DNA of 64,000 nucleotides from Oscillospiraceae bacterium. Its GTDB lineage: Bacteria; Bacillota; Clostridia; TANB77; CAG-508. Under the pieces are notes generated by a model that saw only the letters and a program-made list of their open reading frames with translations, was not told the DNA's origin and did not search any database. Positions within the stretch are counted from its first letter, which is position 1; each line of letters begins with the position of its first letter. Below, piece by piece: positions 1-9,416 of this stretch. The DNA lies in the NCBI GenBank assembly GCA_009785865.1, contig WQVL01000004.1:5-64004 (forward strand), written 5' to 3'. The translations under genes were made by a program, and so were the position numbers.

Positions 1-1118
1 GCCATCATCTATATGCAGTATGGAGGCCAGTAGGAAGAGCTACAATAACATCTGTAACTACTACAAACAATGGAAGAGTAACAGTAAATTGGACTAGCTC
101 TGGAAATGCAACAAATTATGATATCTATCTGATCCAGCACCCCTGGACTTGGAGTGATGTAAGACATCATGTAAATCGTCCAGCAGGAACTACAAGCCAT
201 ACTTTCAGCGGTGTAGCAAGTGGAGCATATAGAGCATTTATAGTTGCACGACCCAATGCAGATGATATTCAAAGTAATGCCTATCCTTTTGAAGTACTAA
301 TATCAGATAGAGCAGTAATAACATCTGTAAATACTACAAATACTGGAGAAGTAACAGTAAATTGGAATAGTGTTCCCGGAGGAGCAGGGTATAGGATATA
401 TATATTACAATATCCATGGAGTTGGTATGACATACGTCACCAAGCAGTGAGGCCCCCGGGAACTACAAGTCACACTTTTACAGGAGTAGCAAGTGGAGCA
501 TATAATGTCTTCATAGTGACTGAGCCGAACAATAGATATATTCAAAGTGTTTGGTACACATTTGAAGTAGTCACATCAGACAGAGCAGTAATAACATCTG
601 TTAATGCTACAAGTTATGGAAGAGTGACAGTAAATTGGAATAGTGTCCCTGGAGGAGAAGGATACAGGATATATATTATCCAATATCCATGGAGCTGGAA
701 TGACATACGTCATCAAGCAATAAGGCCTCCAGGAACTACAAGTCACACTTTTACAGGAGTAGCTAATGGAGAATATAATGTCTTCATAGTGACTCAGCCA
801 AACAATAGATATATCCAAAGTGTTTGGCGGACATTTGAAGTAAGACCACCAGCAAGAGCAGTAATAACAGGAGTAAATGTTAGTGGAAGAAATGTGACAG
901 TGAACTGGAATAGTGTTCCTGGAGTAGCAAGTTATGATATATATATTATCCAAGAACCGTGGAGCTGGAATGATATACGTCATCATGCGAACAGAGTACC
1001 TGGCACAACATCACATACTTTCACAGGATTACTTCCTGGAAGATATTATGTGTTTATAGTGACGAGGCCAAATGATAGATATACTCAAAGTATATGGCAT
1101 CGAATAGACATCTCCTAA
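1..1118 (+). CDS. Secreted/cell-surface repeat protein, 3' part (5' end lies left of the window)
   Basis: Frame 3 is open from nt 3 to the TAA at 1116-1118; the ORF track only starts it at an internal GTG at 447. The translation is four 91-aa beta-rich Fn3-like repeats (VITSVN..G.VTVNW.SVPG...Y.IYI.Q.PWSW.DIRH...PGTTSHTFTG...G.Y.VFIVT.PN.RYIQS.W..FEV). It contains an unshifted in-frame CGG at 828. Confidence 0.6.
   Translation, partial: HHLYAVWRPVGRATITSVTTTNNGRVTVNWTSSGNATNYDIYLIQHPWTWSDVRHHVNRPAGTTSHTFSGVASGAYRAFIVARPNADDIQSNAYPFEVLISDRAVITSVNTTNTGEVTVNWNSVPGGAGYRIYILQYPWSWYDIRHQAVRPPGTTSHTFTGVASGAYNVFIVTEPNNRYIQSVWYTFEVVTSDRAVITSVNATSYGRVTVNWNSVPGGEGYRIYIIQYPWSWNDIRHQAIRPPGTTSHTFTGVANGEYNVFIVTQPNNRYIQSVWRTFEVRPPARAVITGVNVSGRNVTVNWNSVPGVASYDIYIIQEPWSWNDIRHHANRVPGTTSHTFTGLLPGRYYVFIVTRPNDRYTQSIWHRIDIS
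36..1115 (+). repeat. Tandem coding repeat, 4 x 273 bp
   Basis: The unit-initial codons AGA GCx (R-A) start at 36, 309, 582 and 855, followed by ACA/GTA ATA ACA. This gives an exact 273-bp (91-codon) period, and a partial fifth unit runs off the left edge. Confidence 0.85.
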
Positions 1119-1146
1119 CTATTAAGTAACAAAGCAATAAGACTTT

Positions 1147-1182
1147 AGCCATGCTCGATTTGTAAATCGAGCATGGCTTTTT
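1147..1182 (+). terminator. Rho-independent terminator
   Basis: Stem AGCCATGCTCGATTT / AATCGAGCATGGCT followed by a T-run. Confidence 0.85.
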
Positions 1183-1266
1183 CGTAGGAGAATTCTTTTA
1201 TTTACAATTTGCACTACTTGAAAACCCTAGCAAAATATATTACAATAGAACATATTTGGAGGAAAA

Positions 1267-2742
1267 ATGGAGACAGAAGTAATTAAAGAACAAAAAAAAC
1301 ATATAAGTGAAGAGAATTCCAAAATAGAATCCTCAAAGCTTGTTCCTGATGCTGAACATAGGGAGAGAGTTCGCGTAATAAAAGAGATAAGTGAAATCAA
1401 TAAAGATAAAGAGCTATATTATTGTATCTTAACAATGGGATGTAAGCTTAATGAAAATGATTCTGAGAAACTTTCTGGAATGGCAGAAGAGATGGGATAC
1501 AAAAAAACAGAAGAGATAGGTTCTGCGGATTTATACATAATTAATACTTGTTGTGTTAGGCAAAATGCAGAAGAGAAAGTTTTTGGGAAGATAGGAGAGC
1601 TGAAAAGGTCAAAGGAGAAATCAGGTTCTATAATTGCAGTTGGTGGATGCATGATGCAAGAACCACATGTTATAGAAAAGTTAAATAAAAGTTATCCATA
1701 TATAGATGTCATTTTTGGAACACATACCTTGCATCAGTTTGCCGAAGACTTATATAAAGTTTTAACGAATAAAGAAAAAGTTAGAAATGTAATAGATATA
1801 GATGGAAAGATATATGAAGGATTACCAGTAAAAAGAGAAGATGGTAAAAAAGCTTCAGTGACAATAATGAATGGATGTAATAATTTTTGTTCATATTGTA
1901 TAGTTCCTTATGTAAGAGGTAGAGAAAGAAGTAGAAAGCCAGAAGATATATTGAATGAAGTAAAGGAGCTTGCATCAGAAGGATATAAAGAGATACTACT
2001 TCTTGGTCAAAATGTAAATTCATATGTGGGAACTGGAGCAGAAGGAGAGACTGCTAAAACAATAAATTTTGCGGGACTATTAGAAGAAATAGATAAAGTA
2101 GAAGGGATAGAGATAATTAAATTTATATCTCCACATCCAAAAGATTTTAAAGATGATGTAATAGAAGTAATAGCAAAGAGTAGTAAGATTTCAAAGATAA
2201 TACACATACCTGTTCAATCTGGAAGTACAAAAGTATTAGAGGAGATGAACAGAAAGTACTCGAAAGAACAATATTTAGAACTAATAAGTAAGATTAAAGC
2301 AAGGATACCAGAAGTTTCATTTTCAACAGACATTATAGTTGGTTTTCCTGGAGAGACAGAAGAAGACTTTGAAGATACATTAGATGTAGTTCGAAAAGTT
2401 AATTATGAACAAGTATATATGTTCATATATTCTAAAAGAGTAGGGACGCCTGCTGCGGAAAGAGAGTGTCAAGTAGAGGAGAAAGTAAAGCATGAAAGGT
2501 TTAACAGGCTTAAAAAACTAGTTGATAATCAGGTTGAGGCGAATAACAAGAAATATATAGGGACGGTGCACAAAATACTAGTAGAGGGATATAGCAAAAA
2601 TAATGAGGAGATGTTAACTGGAAGAACAGATTCTAATAAAGTTGTGGTATTTCAAGGAGAAGAAACTATTATTGGTCAGGTTGTAGAAATAAAGATAGTA
2701 TCAGATCATAAATGGTATTTGAAAGGTGACGTAGTGAAGTAA
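1267..2742 (+). CDS. miaB: tRNA (N6-isopentenyl-A37) methylthiotransferase MiaB
   Basis: 491 aa with a UPF0004 N-domain, the radical-SAM motif GCNNFCSYCIVPYVRG and a C-terminal TRAM domain. No in-frame CGG. Confidence 0.9.
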   Translation: METEVIKEQKKHISEENSKIESSKLVPDAEHRERVRVIKEISEINKDKELYYCILTMGCKLNENDSEKLSGMAEEMGYKKTEEIGSADLYIINTCCVRQNAEEKVFGKIGELKRSKEKSGSIIAVGGCMMQEPHVIEKLNKSYPYIDVIFGTHTLHQFAEDLYKVLTNKEKVRNVIDIDGKIYEGLPVKREDGKKASVTIMNGCNNFCSYCIVPYVRGRERSRKPEDILNEVKELASEGYKEILLLGQNVNSYVGTGAEGETAKTINFAGLLEEIDKVEGIEIIKFISPHPKDFKDDVIEVIAKSSKISKIIHIPVQSGSTKVLEEMNRKYSKEQYLELISKIKARIPEVSFSTDIIVGFPGETEEDFEDTLDVVRKVNYEQVYMFIYSKRVGTPAAERECQVEEKVKHERFNRLKKLVDNQVEANNKKYIGTVHKILVEGYSKNNEEMLTGRTDSNKVVVFQGEETIIGQVVEIKIVSDHKWYLKGDVVK

Positions 2743-2755
2743 TAGTTTAGATAGC

Positions 2756-3310
2756 ATGAGAGGGGATGACGACATACCAAAATTACCAGATGACAAAATT
2801 AAAATAATTGAAGATAACACTGATAAATTTCTTGCGGGTCAGATTTCTCTAACAAAGATAGGAAAACTAGCAGGAACAGGAAGAGCTGTTGTATCAAAGT
2901 ATATGAAACAAGGACTTGAAAATGATTCGACAAGATTGGCGGCATTCGAAAGATTAACTGCTCATACATTGACTCCAGAGCAACTTAAAACAATTGAAGA
3001 CAATATTGATGGGTTTCTTGCAGGGAAAATCACTATAACAGAAATAGCAACTATGATAAATGCAGAAAGGGCAACTGTTTCAAGAAACATGAAGAAACTT
3101 ATATCTGACCCAAAAAAGCTTGAAGAGTTTGAAAAATTAACAGCTCCTGGCGGATCAGCAATAGCAGAGAGATATAGAAAGAAATATGAAGCTTCAATAA
3201 AAAAGAATTTACCTAAAATTCTTTCAGGTAAGATGGCTAAAGTGAAATTAGCAGAAGATTTAGATATAGATGAAAGAACTTTAGATAAATTAGTTCAGGA
3301 AATTTATTAA
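2756..3310 (+). CDS. Repeat-module protein with HTH-like units, upstream ORF ending at the in-frame TAA 3308-3310
   Basis: Repeated ~65-aa modules (..FLAGKITxTEIA..../..KxLAEDLxIDxxTLxxLxxEIY). It is in the same frame (mod 2) as the next ORF, and the repeat pattern runs through the stop. Confidence 0.5.
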   Translation: MRGDDDIPKLPDDKIKIIEDNTDKFLAGQISLTKIGKLAGTGRAVVSKYMKQGLENDSTRLAAFERLTAHTLTPEQLKTIEDNIDGFLAGKITITEIATMINAERATVSRNMKKLISDPKKLEEFEKLTAPGGSAIAERYRKKYEASIKKNLPKILSGKMAKVKLAEDLDIDERTLDKLVQEIY

Positions 3311-3370
3311 GATGATTCTGACAAACTGAAAGAATATGAAGCAATAGAGCCAGCAGGGAATGAAGATAAA

Positions 3371-4447
3371 GTGAACCATCTTAGAGCAAAGTATTTAGAG
3401 TTATACACAAAAGCAATTAAAAGAAATTTTAAGAACATAGTTGCTGGAAAAATTACGAAGAAAGCTTTGGCGGCAGAATTAGGAATAGATCAGATGACTT
3501 TAGGAAGTTTGATTGAGGAAATATATAAAGATGATAAAGCTGCTCTTCAAGATTATCAGACAATAAAAGGTGTAAACAGCAGACTGGGAGGAAAGTTTAC
3601 TCGAAAGCATAAAGAAAAAAATGAACGAAGAGATTCTATAAGGGAAAGTAAAGGAAGATTTAAAAGAGAAGATTTTCTTATGCTTAATAAAGAAGAAAAG
3701 ATAAAATGGATTATACATAGATATAATACAAGACAAATGAAGACTGAAGATGCTAACATTAGGACTGAAGAAGGATCGAGACAAGATATCATGCGATTTA
3801 TAGACTATTTTACAAGTAAAAGAAATAACCTTGTAGCTGGCCAAAGAAACAATTTTGATGAAGATAAAATTTTATGTATGCTTTTTGAGAATCCAGGAGC
3901 TCTATCTCCAAGTGAAGATAAAAAAGAGACTGTGTTTAAGTATTTAGATAGTGTTCCAGGGATTGGAGCAGATAATGCAAATCGTATTGCGAGTCGATAT
4001 CCTGGAATTCTTACACAAGGAGTAGAAAGAACCATAAGCCAAGTTAAAATAATGAAAGATTTTAAGATGCTAGATAAATTTATTAAAAATCCAAAAGCAT
4101 TTATTCCATCACCAGAAACGATATATGCGCTTACTATGTTTGCAAAAGAATATAGATTTGATTCGGATGACCATTTTGAGGCAACAAGCGCCTCTAATAT
4201 ACTTATAGGAAGACAAGCGCTTTTTCTAAATTATGATGGATTAACATACGAGGATTTATATGAAAGATATCCATTACCGGATAAATATATAATAACAGAA
4301 GATAAAGTAACAAGAGAGCTATTTACAAGTCAAATGACTGTTAAGTTAGATCCAAAAGCAACTACTGATTCAGCAAATGGAGAGGGAAATAGCAATACAA
4401 GAACACAAAATGGAATACCAAACGTACCAAGTAAAGAGGAGAAATAA
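3371..4447 (+). CDS. Same-frame continuation of the 2756 ORF (repeat-module protein)
   Basis: The 60 nt between 3311 and 3370 are open in the same frame. EIY-TAA-DDSDKLKEYEAI parallels the later EIY-K-DDKAALQDYQTI. The start shown is the GTG chosen by the ORF track. Confidence 0.5.
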   Translation: MNHLRAKYLELYTKAIKRNFKNIVAGKITKKALAAELGIDQMTLGSLIEEIYKDDKAALQDYQTIKGVNSRLGGKFTRKHKEKNERRDSIRESKGRFKREDFLMLNKEEKIKWIIHRYNTRQMKTEDANIRTEEGSRQDIMRFIDYFTSKRNNLVAGQRNNFDEDKILCMLFENPGALSPSEDKKETVFKYLDSVPGIGADNANRIASRYPGILTQGVERTISQVKIMKDFKMLDKFIKNPKAFIPSPETIYALTMFAKEYRFDSDDHFEATSASNILIGRQALFLNYDGLTYEDLYERYPLPDKYIITEDKVTRELFTSQMTVKLDPKATTDSANGEGNSNTRTQNGIPNVPSKEEK

Positions 4448-4449
4448 TT

Positions 4450-7062
4450 ATGGCAGAGTATTCACCTATGATGAAGCATTATCTGAACTTAAAAGAGCAG
4501 TACAAAGATTGCATAATCTTTTATAGATTAGGAGATTTCTATGAAATGTTTTTTGATGATGCGCTTACTGCTTCAAGAGAATTAGAAATAACCTTAACAG
4601 CAAGAGATTGTGGTAAAGCAGACAAAGCTCCAATGTGTGGAGTGCCTTTTCATGCAGCAGAAGGATATATAGCAAGACTTATTGAAAAAGGATATAAAGT
4701 TGCTATATGTGAGCAATTAGAAGACGCTAAAGATGCCAAAGGAATAGTTGCAAGAGATGTTGTAAGAGTAGTAACTCCAGGTACAGTTATCGAAACCAAT
4801 ATGCTGGATGAGAAGAAGAACAACTATATAATGAGTATATTTAAAAAAGGAATGTACTTTGGGATAAGTTTTTGTGATGTTACTACAGGAGAATTCTTAG
4901 CAACGAAACTTACAGAAACGAATAATTTTGCTCTGCTACTAGATGAAATTTCAAAATATAATCCGGCAGAAATAATATGTAATAAAATGATATTTGACTG
5001 TAAAGAACAAATGGACGAAATCAGAGTGAGATTTAACAGCTATATAACTCGGGTTTGATGAATCTCTTTTTAAGGAAGAGACAGAAGCATTACTTCGAAA
5101 CTATTCTATTATGGGAGTGGATATCAATGAAGATCCTAAACTCCAAAATTATCTATTTGAAGTATCAGCTATTAATGGATTGCTCGAGTATCTATCACAA
5201 ACGCAGAAAATCAAATTAGAGCATATCAATAATATAAGAATATATAATGTATCAAAATATATGACATTAGATATTACAGCTAGAAAGAATTTAGAGCTAA
5301 CAGAAAGAATGAGTGACAAAAGTAAAAAAGGTACATTGCTATGGGTTTTAGATAAAACTGCTACATCAATGGGTGGTAGGCTTATACGAAAATGGATTAA
5401 TGAACCGTTACTAGATGTAGACGAGATAAATGAAAGGTTAAATGCAGTAAAAGAATTAAAACAAAATCCTATGTTTAGAGATGATATAAGGGAAGCATTA
5501 AAGTGTGTTTATGATATAGAAAGACTTGTAGGAAAGATATCATATGGTAATAGCAATGCAAGAGATATGGTTTCGCTTAAGAATTCTTTAAAGCAATTGC
5601 CAGGAATAAAGGAGCTACTTAAGACCACAAAGAGTGACCTTTTACAAGCACTATATTCACAGTTAGATACATGTGAAGATATATATGAGCGTATAGAAAA
5701 AGCAATAGTAGATGAACCACCTATAACGATTAAAGAGGGTGGGATAATAAAGTTAGGATATAACGAGCAAGTCGATGAATACAAAAAAGCTGGAGCAGAA
5801 GGTAAGCAGTGGCTACTAGAATTAGAAATAAAAGAGAAAGAACTTACTGGGATTAAAAACTTGAAAATAGGGTTCAATAAAATATTTGGATATTTTATTG
5901 AAGTAACTAAATCAAATTTAGGTAATGTTCCAGATAGATTTGTTAGAAAGCAAACATTAGCAAATTGTGAGAGATATATTACTGAAGAACTAAATGAGAT
6001 TGAAAGCAAGATACTAGGTGCAGAAGAGAAGGTAGTGGACTTAGAGTACAAGCTGTTTATTGAACTAAGAGATGAAATTGCCAGAAATTTAAAAAGATTA
6101 CAACAATCTAGCAATGTAGTTAGTGTATTAGATGTGCTTGGTTCTTTTCGGGGTTGTTGCAGAGGATATGGAATATTCTTTTCCAGAAATGACGACTAAT
6201 TATGAGATAGAGATAAAAAATGGAAGGCATCCGGTTATAGAGAAAATGTTGCCTGCTGGAAGCTTTGTTCAAAACGATACACATTTAAGTAAAGAATCGA
6301 GATTAGGGATAATCACAGGACCTAACATGGCAGGTAAGTCCACATACATGAGGCAAGTAGCGTTAATAACACTTATGGCTCAAATTGGTAGTTTTGTACC
6401 AGCCGAATCAGCAAAGATTGGTGTTGTAGATAAGATATTCACAAGAGTGGGTGCATCAGATGACTTAAGTATGGGACAAAGTACTTTCATGGTAGAAATG
6501 ATAGAAGTGGCAAACATACTTAAAAATGCTACAGAAAAAAGTTTAATAATATTAGATGAAATTGGTAGAGGAACATCGACATATGATGGGCTTTCGATTG
6601 CATGGGCAGTTGCAGAGTATATGCAAGATGATGAAAAGTGCGGAGCCAAAACTTTATTTGCTACGCATTATCATGAACTAACAGAATTAGAAAACAAACT
6701 AGAAGGTGTAAAAAACTACTCTGTAGCTGTAAAAGAAAAAGGAGAAGATATAATTTTCTTAAGAAAGATTGTGCCAGTCCGGAACAGATGAAAGTTATGG
6801 TATACATGTAGCAAAATTAGCAGGTGTGCCGAAAACTGTTGTAACAAGAGCCAATCAGATTCTTAGAACAATCGAGAGAAGAGCAGGGGTAAATGTTGAA
6901 GAGGACACAAGTAAGAAGGGTAAGAAGCAAGAAGGGCAATTAGATATGTACAACTATAAATTAGCTGAAATAGCACATGAATTAGATAAAATAAATTTAG
7001 ATGAGCTAACTCCAATAGATGCTCTTAACAGTTTGGTAAAAATAAAAGAAAAAATGAAATAA
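4450..7062 (+). CDS. mutS: DNA mismatch repair protein MutS (needs three +1 shifts)
   Basis: Four ORF fragments (4450-5058, 5111-6199, 6132-6791, 6769-7062) are colinear with MutS: N-terminal mismatch domain, Walker [10 protein letters not shown], and [14 protein letters not shown]. They join by +1 at in-frame CGG 5050, 6149 and 6780. Confidence 0.9.
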
Positions 7063-7120
7063 AAATCAAAATATGAAAAATAAAAAAGCAAGAAAAAGCT
7101 TAAGTTTTTTCCAAAATATC

Positions 7121-7149
7121 TTGAATTTTCTTGAAAAAAATGGTATAAT
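7121..7149 (+). promoter_or_regulatory. SigA-type promoter of the 6S-like RNA
   Basis: TTGAAT (7121-7126), 17-nt spacer, extended -10 TGgTATAAT (7141-7149). Confidence 0.6.
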
Positions 7150-7155
7150 ATATAT

Positions 7156-7357
7156 AATAAGTTTCCCTACATAGTACGATGCGAATGAAATTTTAGAACC
7201 AACATTTAAGGAAGGGGAGTCACTACTCCGAATGCGGCGTGCATGCTTACTTCCAGAGCAGTTGTAAGAAGCCCAGTAGCGTTTGGGAAGACACCCACCT
7301 GTGAGAGCACAGGTCCTTAAAATTTCACTAGCGACGATTAAGTGGGGGGCTTTTTTT
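7156..7357 (+). ncRNA. ssrS: Structured ~200-nt RNA with 6S RNA-like rod architecture (copy 1)
   Basis: It has its own promoter. The 5' arm GCGAATGAAATTTTAGAACC pairs with the 3' arm GGTCCTTAAAATTTCACTAGCG. There is an internal hairpin CCTGTGagagCACAGG and a central GC-rich unpaired region (GCGGCGTGCATGC). It ends in GGGGGGC plus U7. A paralog lies about 1 kb downstream. Confidence 0.45.
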
Positions 7358-7457
7358 GTGCGGAAAAAATGTAAGTTTTTGTAAAATGTCTTTAAAGTAT
7401 TGCAGTTTGATTATAGAAATGATATATTTTAAGTAGAGTAATAAAGGGAGCAATTAG

Positions 7458-8147
7458 ATGAAGAAATTGTTGAAGTCAATGATGCTACTAATGATAATGG
7501 CAATTGTCTTAACAGGATGTGCACAAATAGATTATCAAGTGACTGTAAATAGAGATGGTTCGGGGAAAATAGTGTATACATATGTGATGGATAGAACTGT
7601 TTTAGAGCAGCAACAAAGAGATGCTGAGTATATAGTTTCGGAAATGAAAGACAAGGCAGTGGCGGCAGGATTTACGGTTGAAGACTATTTTAGTGATAGA
7701 TTTGAGGGGTTTAGAGCAACAAAGGAAATGGATGATATAACTGAAGTAGTTTCGTTAGCTAATATATTTGGAGAAGATAATGTTAGAGAACTAGCTGATA
7801 ATAATATAGTGATAGAAAGAGGAATGTTTTTAAGAACATATTCGCAGCAAGCAGTTATAGATTTAAGCGCTATAGAAGTTATGGCACAATATGGAGGTAT
7901 TGTAGATTATTCTATAACTTTGCCAACAAGAGCGGGAGCTAATAATGCTACAACTGTATCCGGAAATGGGAGAACACTAACATGGGAACTCGTAGCAGGA
8001 GAAGAAAACAGAGTAGAATTTGTTGCACAAGAATTAACTATTACAGCATATGTATTTATATTAATAGGGATTGGATTGGCAGTAGTAAGTGTAGTTATGA
8101 TTAGAAACACTATTAAAGCAGGAAAAGAGCAAGAAGAGATTGAGTGA
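7458..8147 (+). CDS. Putative lipoprotein with C-terminal TM anchor
   Basis: Signal peptide with lipobox LTGC, 229 aa, C-terminal hydrophobic helix. It is flanked by the two 6S-like RNA copies. Confidence 0.6.
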   Translation: MKKLLKSMMLLMIMAIVLTGCAQIDYQVTVNRDGSGKIVYTYVMDRTVLEQQQRDAEYIVSEMKDKAVAAGFTVEDYFSDRFEGFRATKEMDDITEVVSLANIFGEDNVRELADNNIVIERGMFLRTYSQQAVIDLSAIEVMAQYGGIVDYSITLPTRAGANNATTVSGNGRTLTWELVAGEENRVEFVAQELTITAYVFILIGIGLAVVSVVMIRNTIKAGKEQEEIE

Positions 8148-8164
8148 GACTTAAATAAAAGTTA

Positions 8165-8364
8165 AATAAAAACCCTACATAGTACGAGGGCGAATGAAAT
8201 TTTAGAACCAATGAATAAGGAACGGGAGCCGAACTCTGAATGTGGCGTGCATGCTTACTTCTGTAACAGTCGTAAGAAGCCCAGGAGCATTTTAGGAAAG
8301 CACCCACCTGTTGAGAACAGGTCCTTAAAATTTCACTAGCGACGGCTAAGGTGGGGCTTTTTTA
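8165..8364 (+). ncRNA. Structured RNA, 6S-like (copy 2)
   Basis: The first ~38 nt and last ~35 nt are nearly identical to copy 1. The internal hairpin carries compensatory changes (CCTGTTgagAACAGG versus CCTGTGagagCACAGG). It ends in GGGGC plus U6. I see no obvious promoter of its own, and it follows the lipoprotein stop by about 20 nt. Confidence 0.45.
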
Positions 8365-8551
8365 ATATATGAAATAAAATTAGTTAAGTATCAAATTAAA
8401 GAATTGATTTAAATAAAATGAAAGCACTCTTAGTAATGCTACTAAGAGTGCTTTGTCAGTTGTTACACAACCTTCTTCTGGGGGGGCTTTCCTAGGAATG
8501 AGTTTGTGTTTTTGCCTATTAATATGTTACAATAAATGCGAGGTAGAGAGT

Positions 8552-9415
8552 ATGACTATTGGAGAGAACCTAAAAAAGGGAGTTGAAAAACTAAGACAAA
8601 GTGAAATTTTAGATCCAGTTATAAAAGGTAGAGTAATACTAGCTTTTGTTATTGGTGAGAGCAAAGAATATTTAGTCATAAATCAAGACAAAGAACTAAG
8701 TCAAGATGAAATTGAAAAGTTTGAAGAAGCAATTAATAGATTAGTAAAAGGTGAACCTTTGCAGCATATAACAGGGAAGCAAGAGTTTATGGGAATGGAT
8801 TTTGTAGTGAATAAAGATGTGCTGATCCCAAGACCTGATACAGAGATATTGGTAGAAGAAGTAGTAGAAATCCTTAGCAGTATGCAAAATGGAACTAGCA
8901 TAGATGATTTGACTGTTTTAGATTTATGTACAGGAAGTGGAGCGATTGCGATATCAATTGTTAATTCTGTATCAAATATAAAGGTTTTGGCTACGGATGT
9001 TAGTGAAGAAGCCCTTAAAGTAGCAAGGATAAATGAAATTAATAATTATATGGATATCAGTAGAATAGAATTTGCCAGTTCGGATTTGTTTGAAGACATA
9101 TTTGAGGAATTTGATTTGATTGTGTCGAATCCGCCATATATAGCAAAAGGGGAGATAGAGAAGCTAGATGTTGAAGTTAAGAGAGAACCAATGTTAGCAC
9201 TAGAGGCAGGGGTAGATGGATTAGATTTCTATAGAAAAATCATATCTGAAGCATATGCATACTTAAGACCAAATGGCTATTTGTGTTTGGAAATAGGATA
9301 TAATCAAAGAGATGATGTGATTAGAGTAATCAATGAAAGCGAAAAATATACTGACATATATTCAAAGAAAGATTTGGCAGGTAACGATAGGATTGTAGTG
9401 TGTAGGAGGAAGTAG
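8552..9415 (+). CDS. prmC: Release-factor glutamine N5-methyltransferase PrmC/HemK
   Basis: SAM-binding motif DLCTGSGAI and catalytic NPPY. ATG 8552 with RBS AGGTAGAGAG is preferred over the upstream start at 8453 in the ORF track. Confidence 0.85.
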   Translation: MTIGENLKKGVEKLRQSEILDPVIKGRVILAFVIGESKEYLVINQDKELSQDEIEKFEEAINRLVKGEPLQHITGKQEFMGMDFVVNKDVLIPRPDTEILVEEVVEILSSMQNGTSIDDLTVLDLCTGSGAIAISIVNSVSNIKVLATDVSEEALKVARINEINNYMDISRIEFASSDLFEDIFEEFDLIVSNPPYIAKGEIEKLDVEVKREPMLALEAGVDGLDFYRKIISEAYAYLRPNGYLCLEIGYNQRDDVIRVINESEKYTDIYSKKDLAGNDRIVVCRRK

Positions 9416-9416
9416 C

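Noticed and set aside
5047-5056. Classical slippery-sequence frameshifting (X XXY YYZ heptamers, prfB-like CUU UGA C, poly-A slippage)
   Set aside because: No heptameric slippery motifs or homopolymer runs are present at the junctions. The P-site codons are too diverse to re-pair in the +1 frame.
8453-8551. N-terminal extensions proposed by the ORF track (prmC from 8453, def from 25893, nusB from 46624, pepP from 53289, small ORF from 28214, 61042-61566)
   Set aside because: Internal ATG codons with proper RBS spacing give N-termini that match the families. The extensions overlap terminators, promoters or the tRNA-Trp gene.
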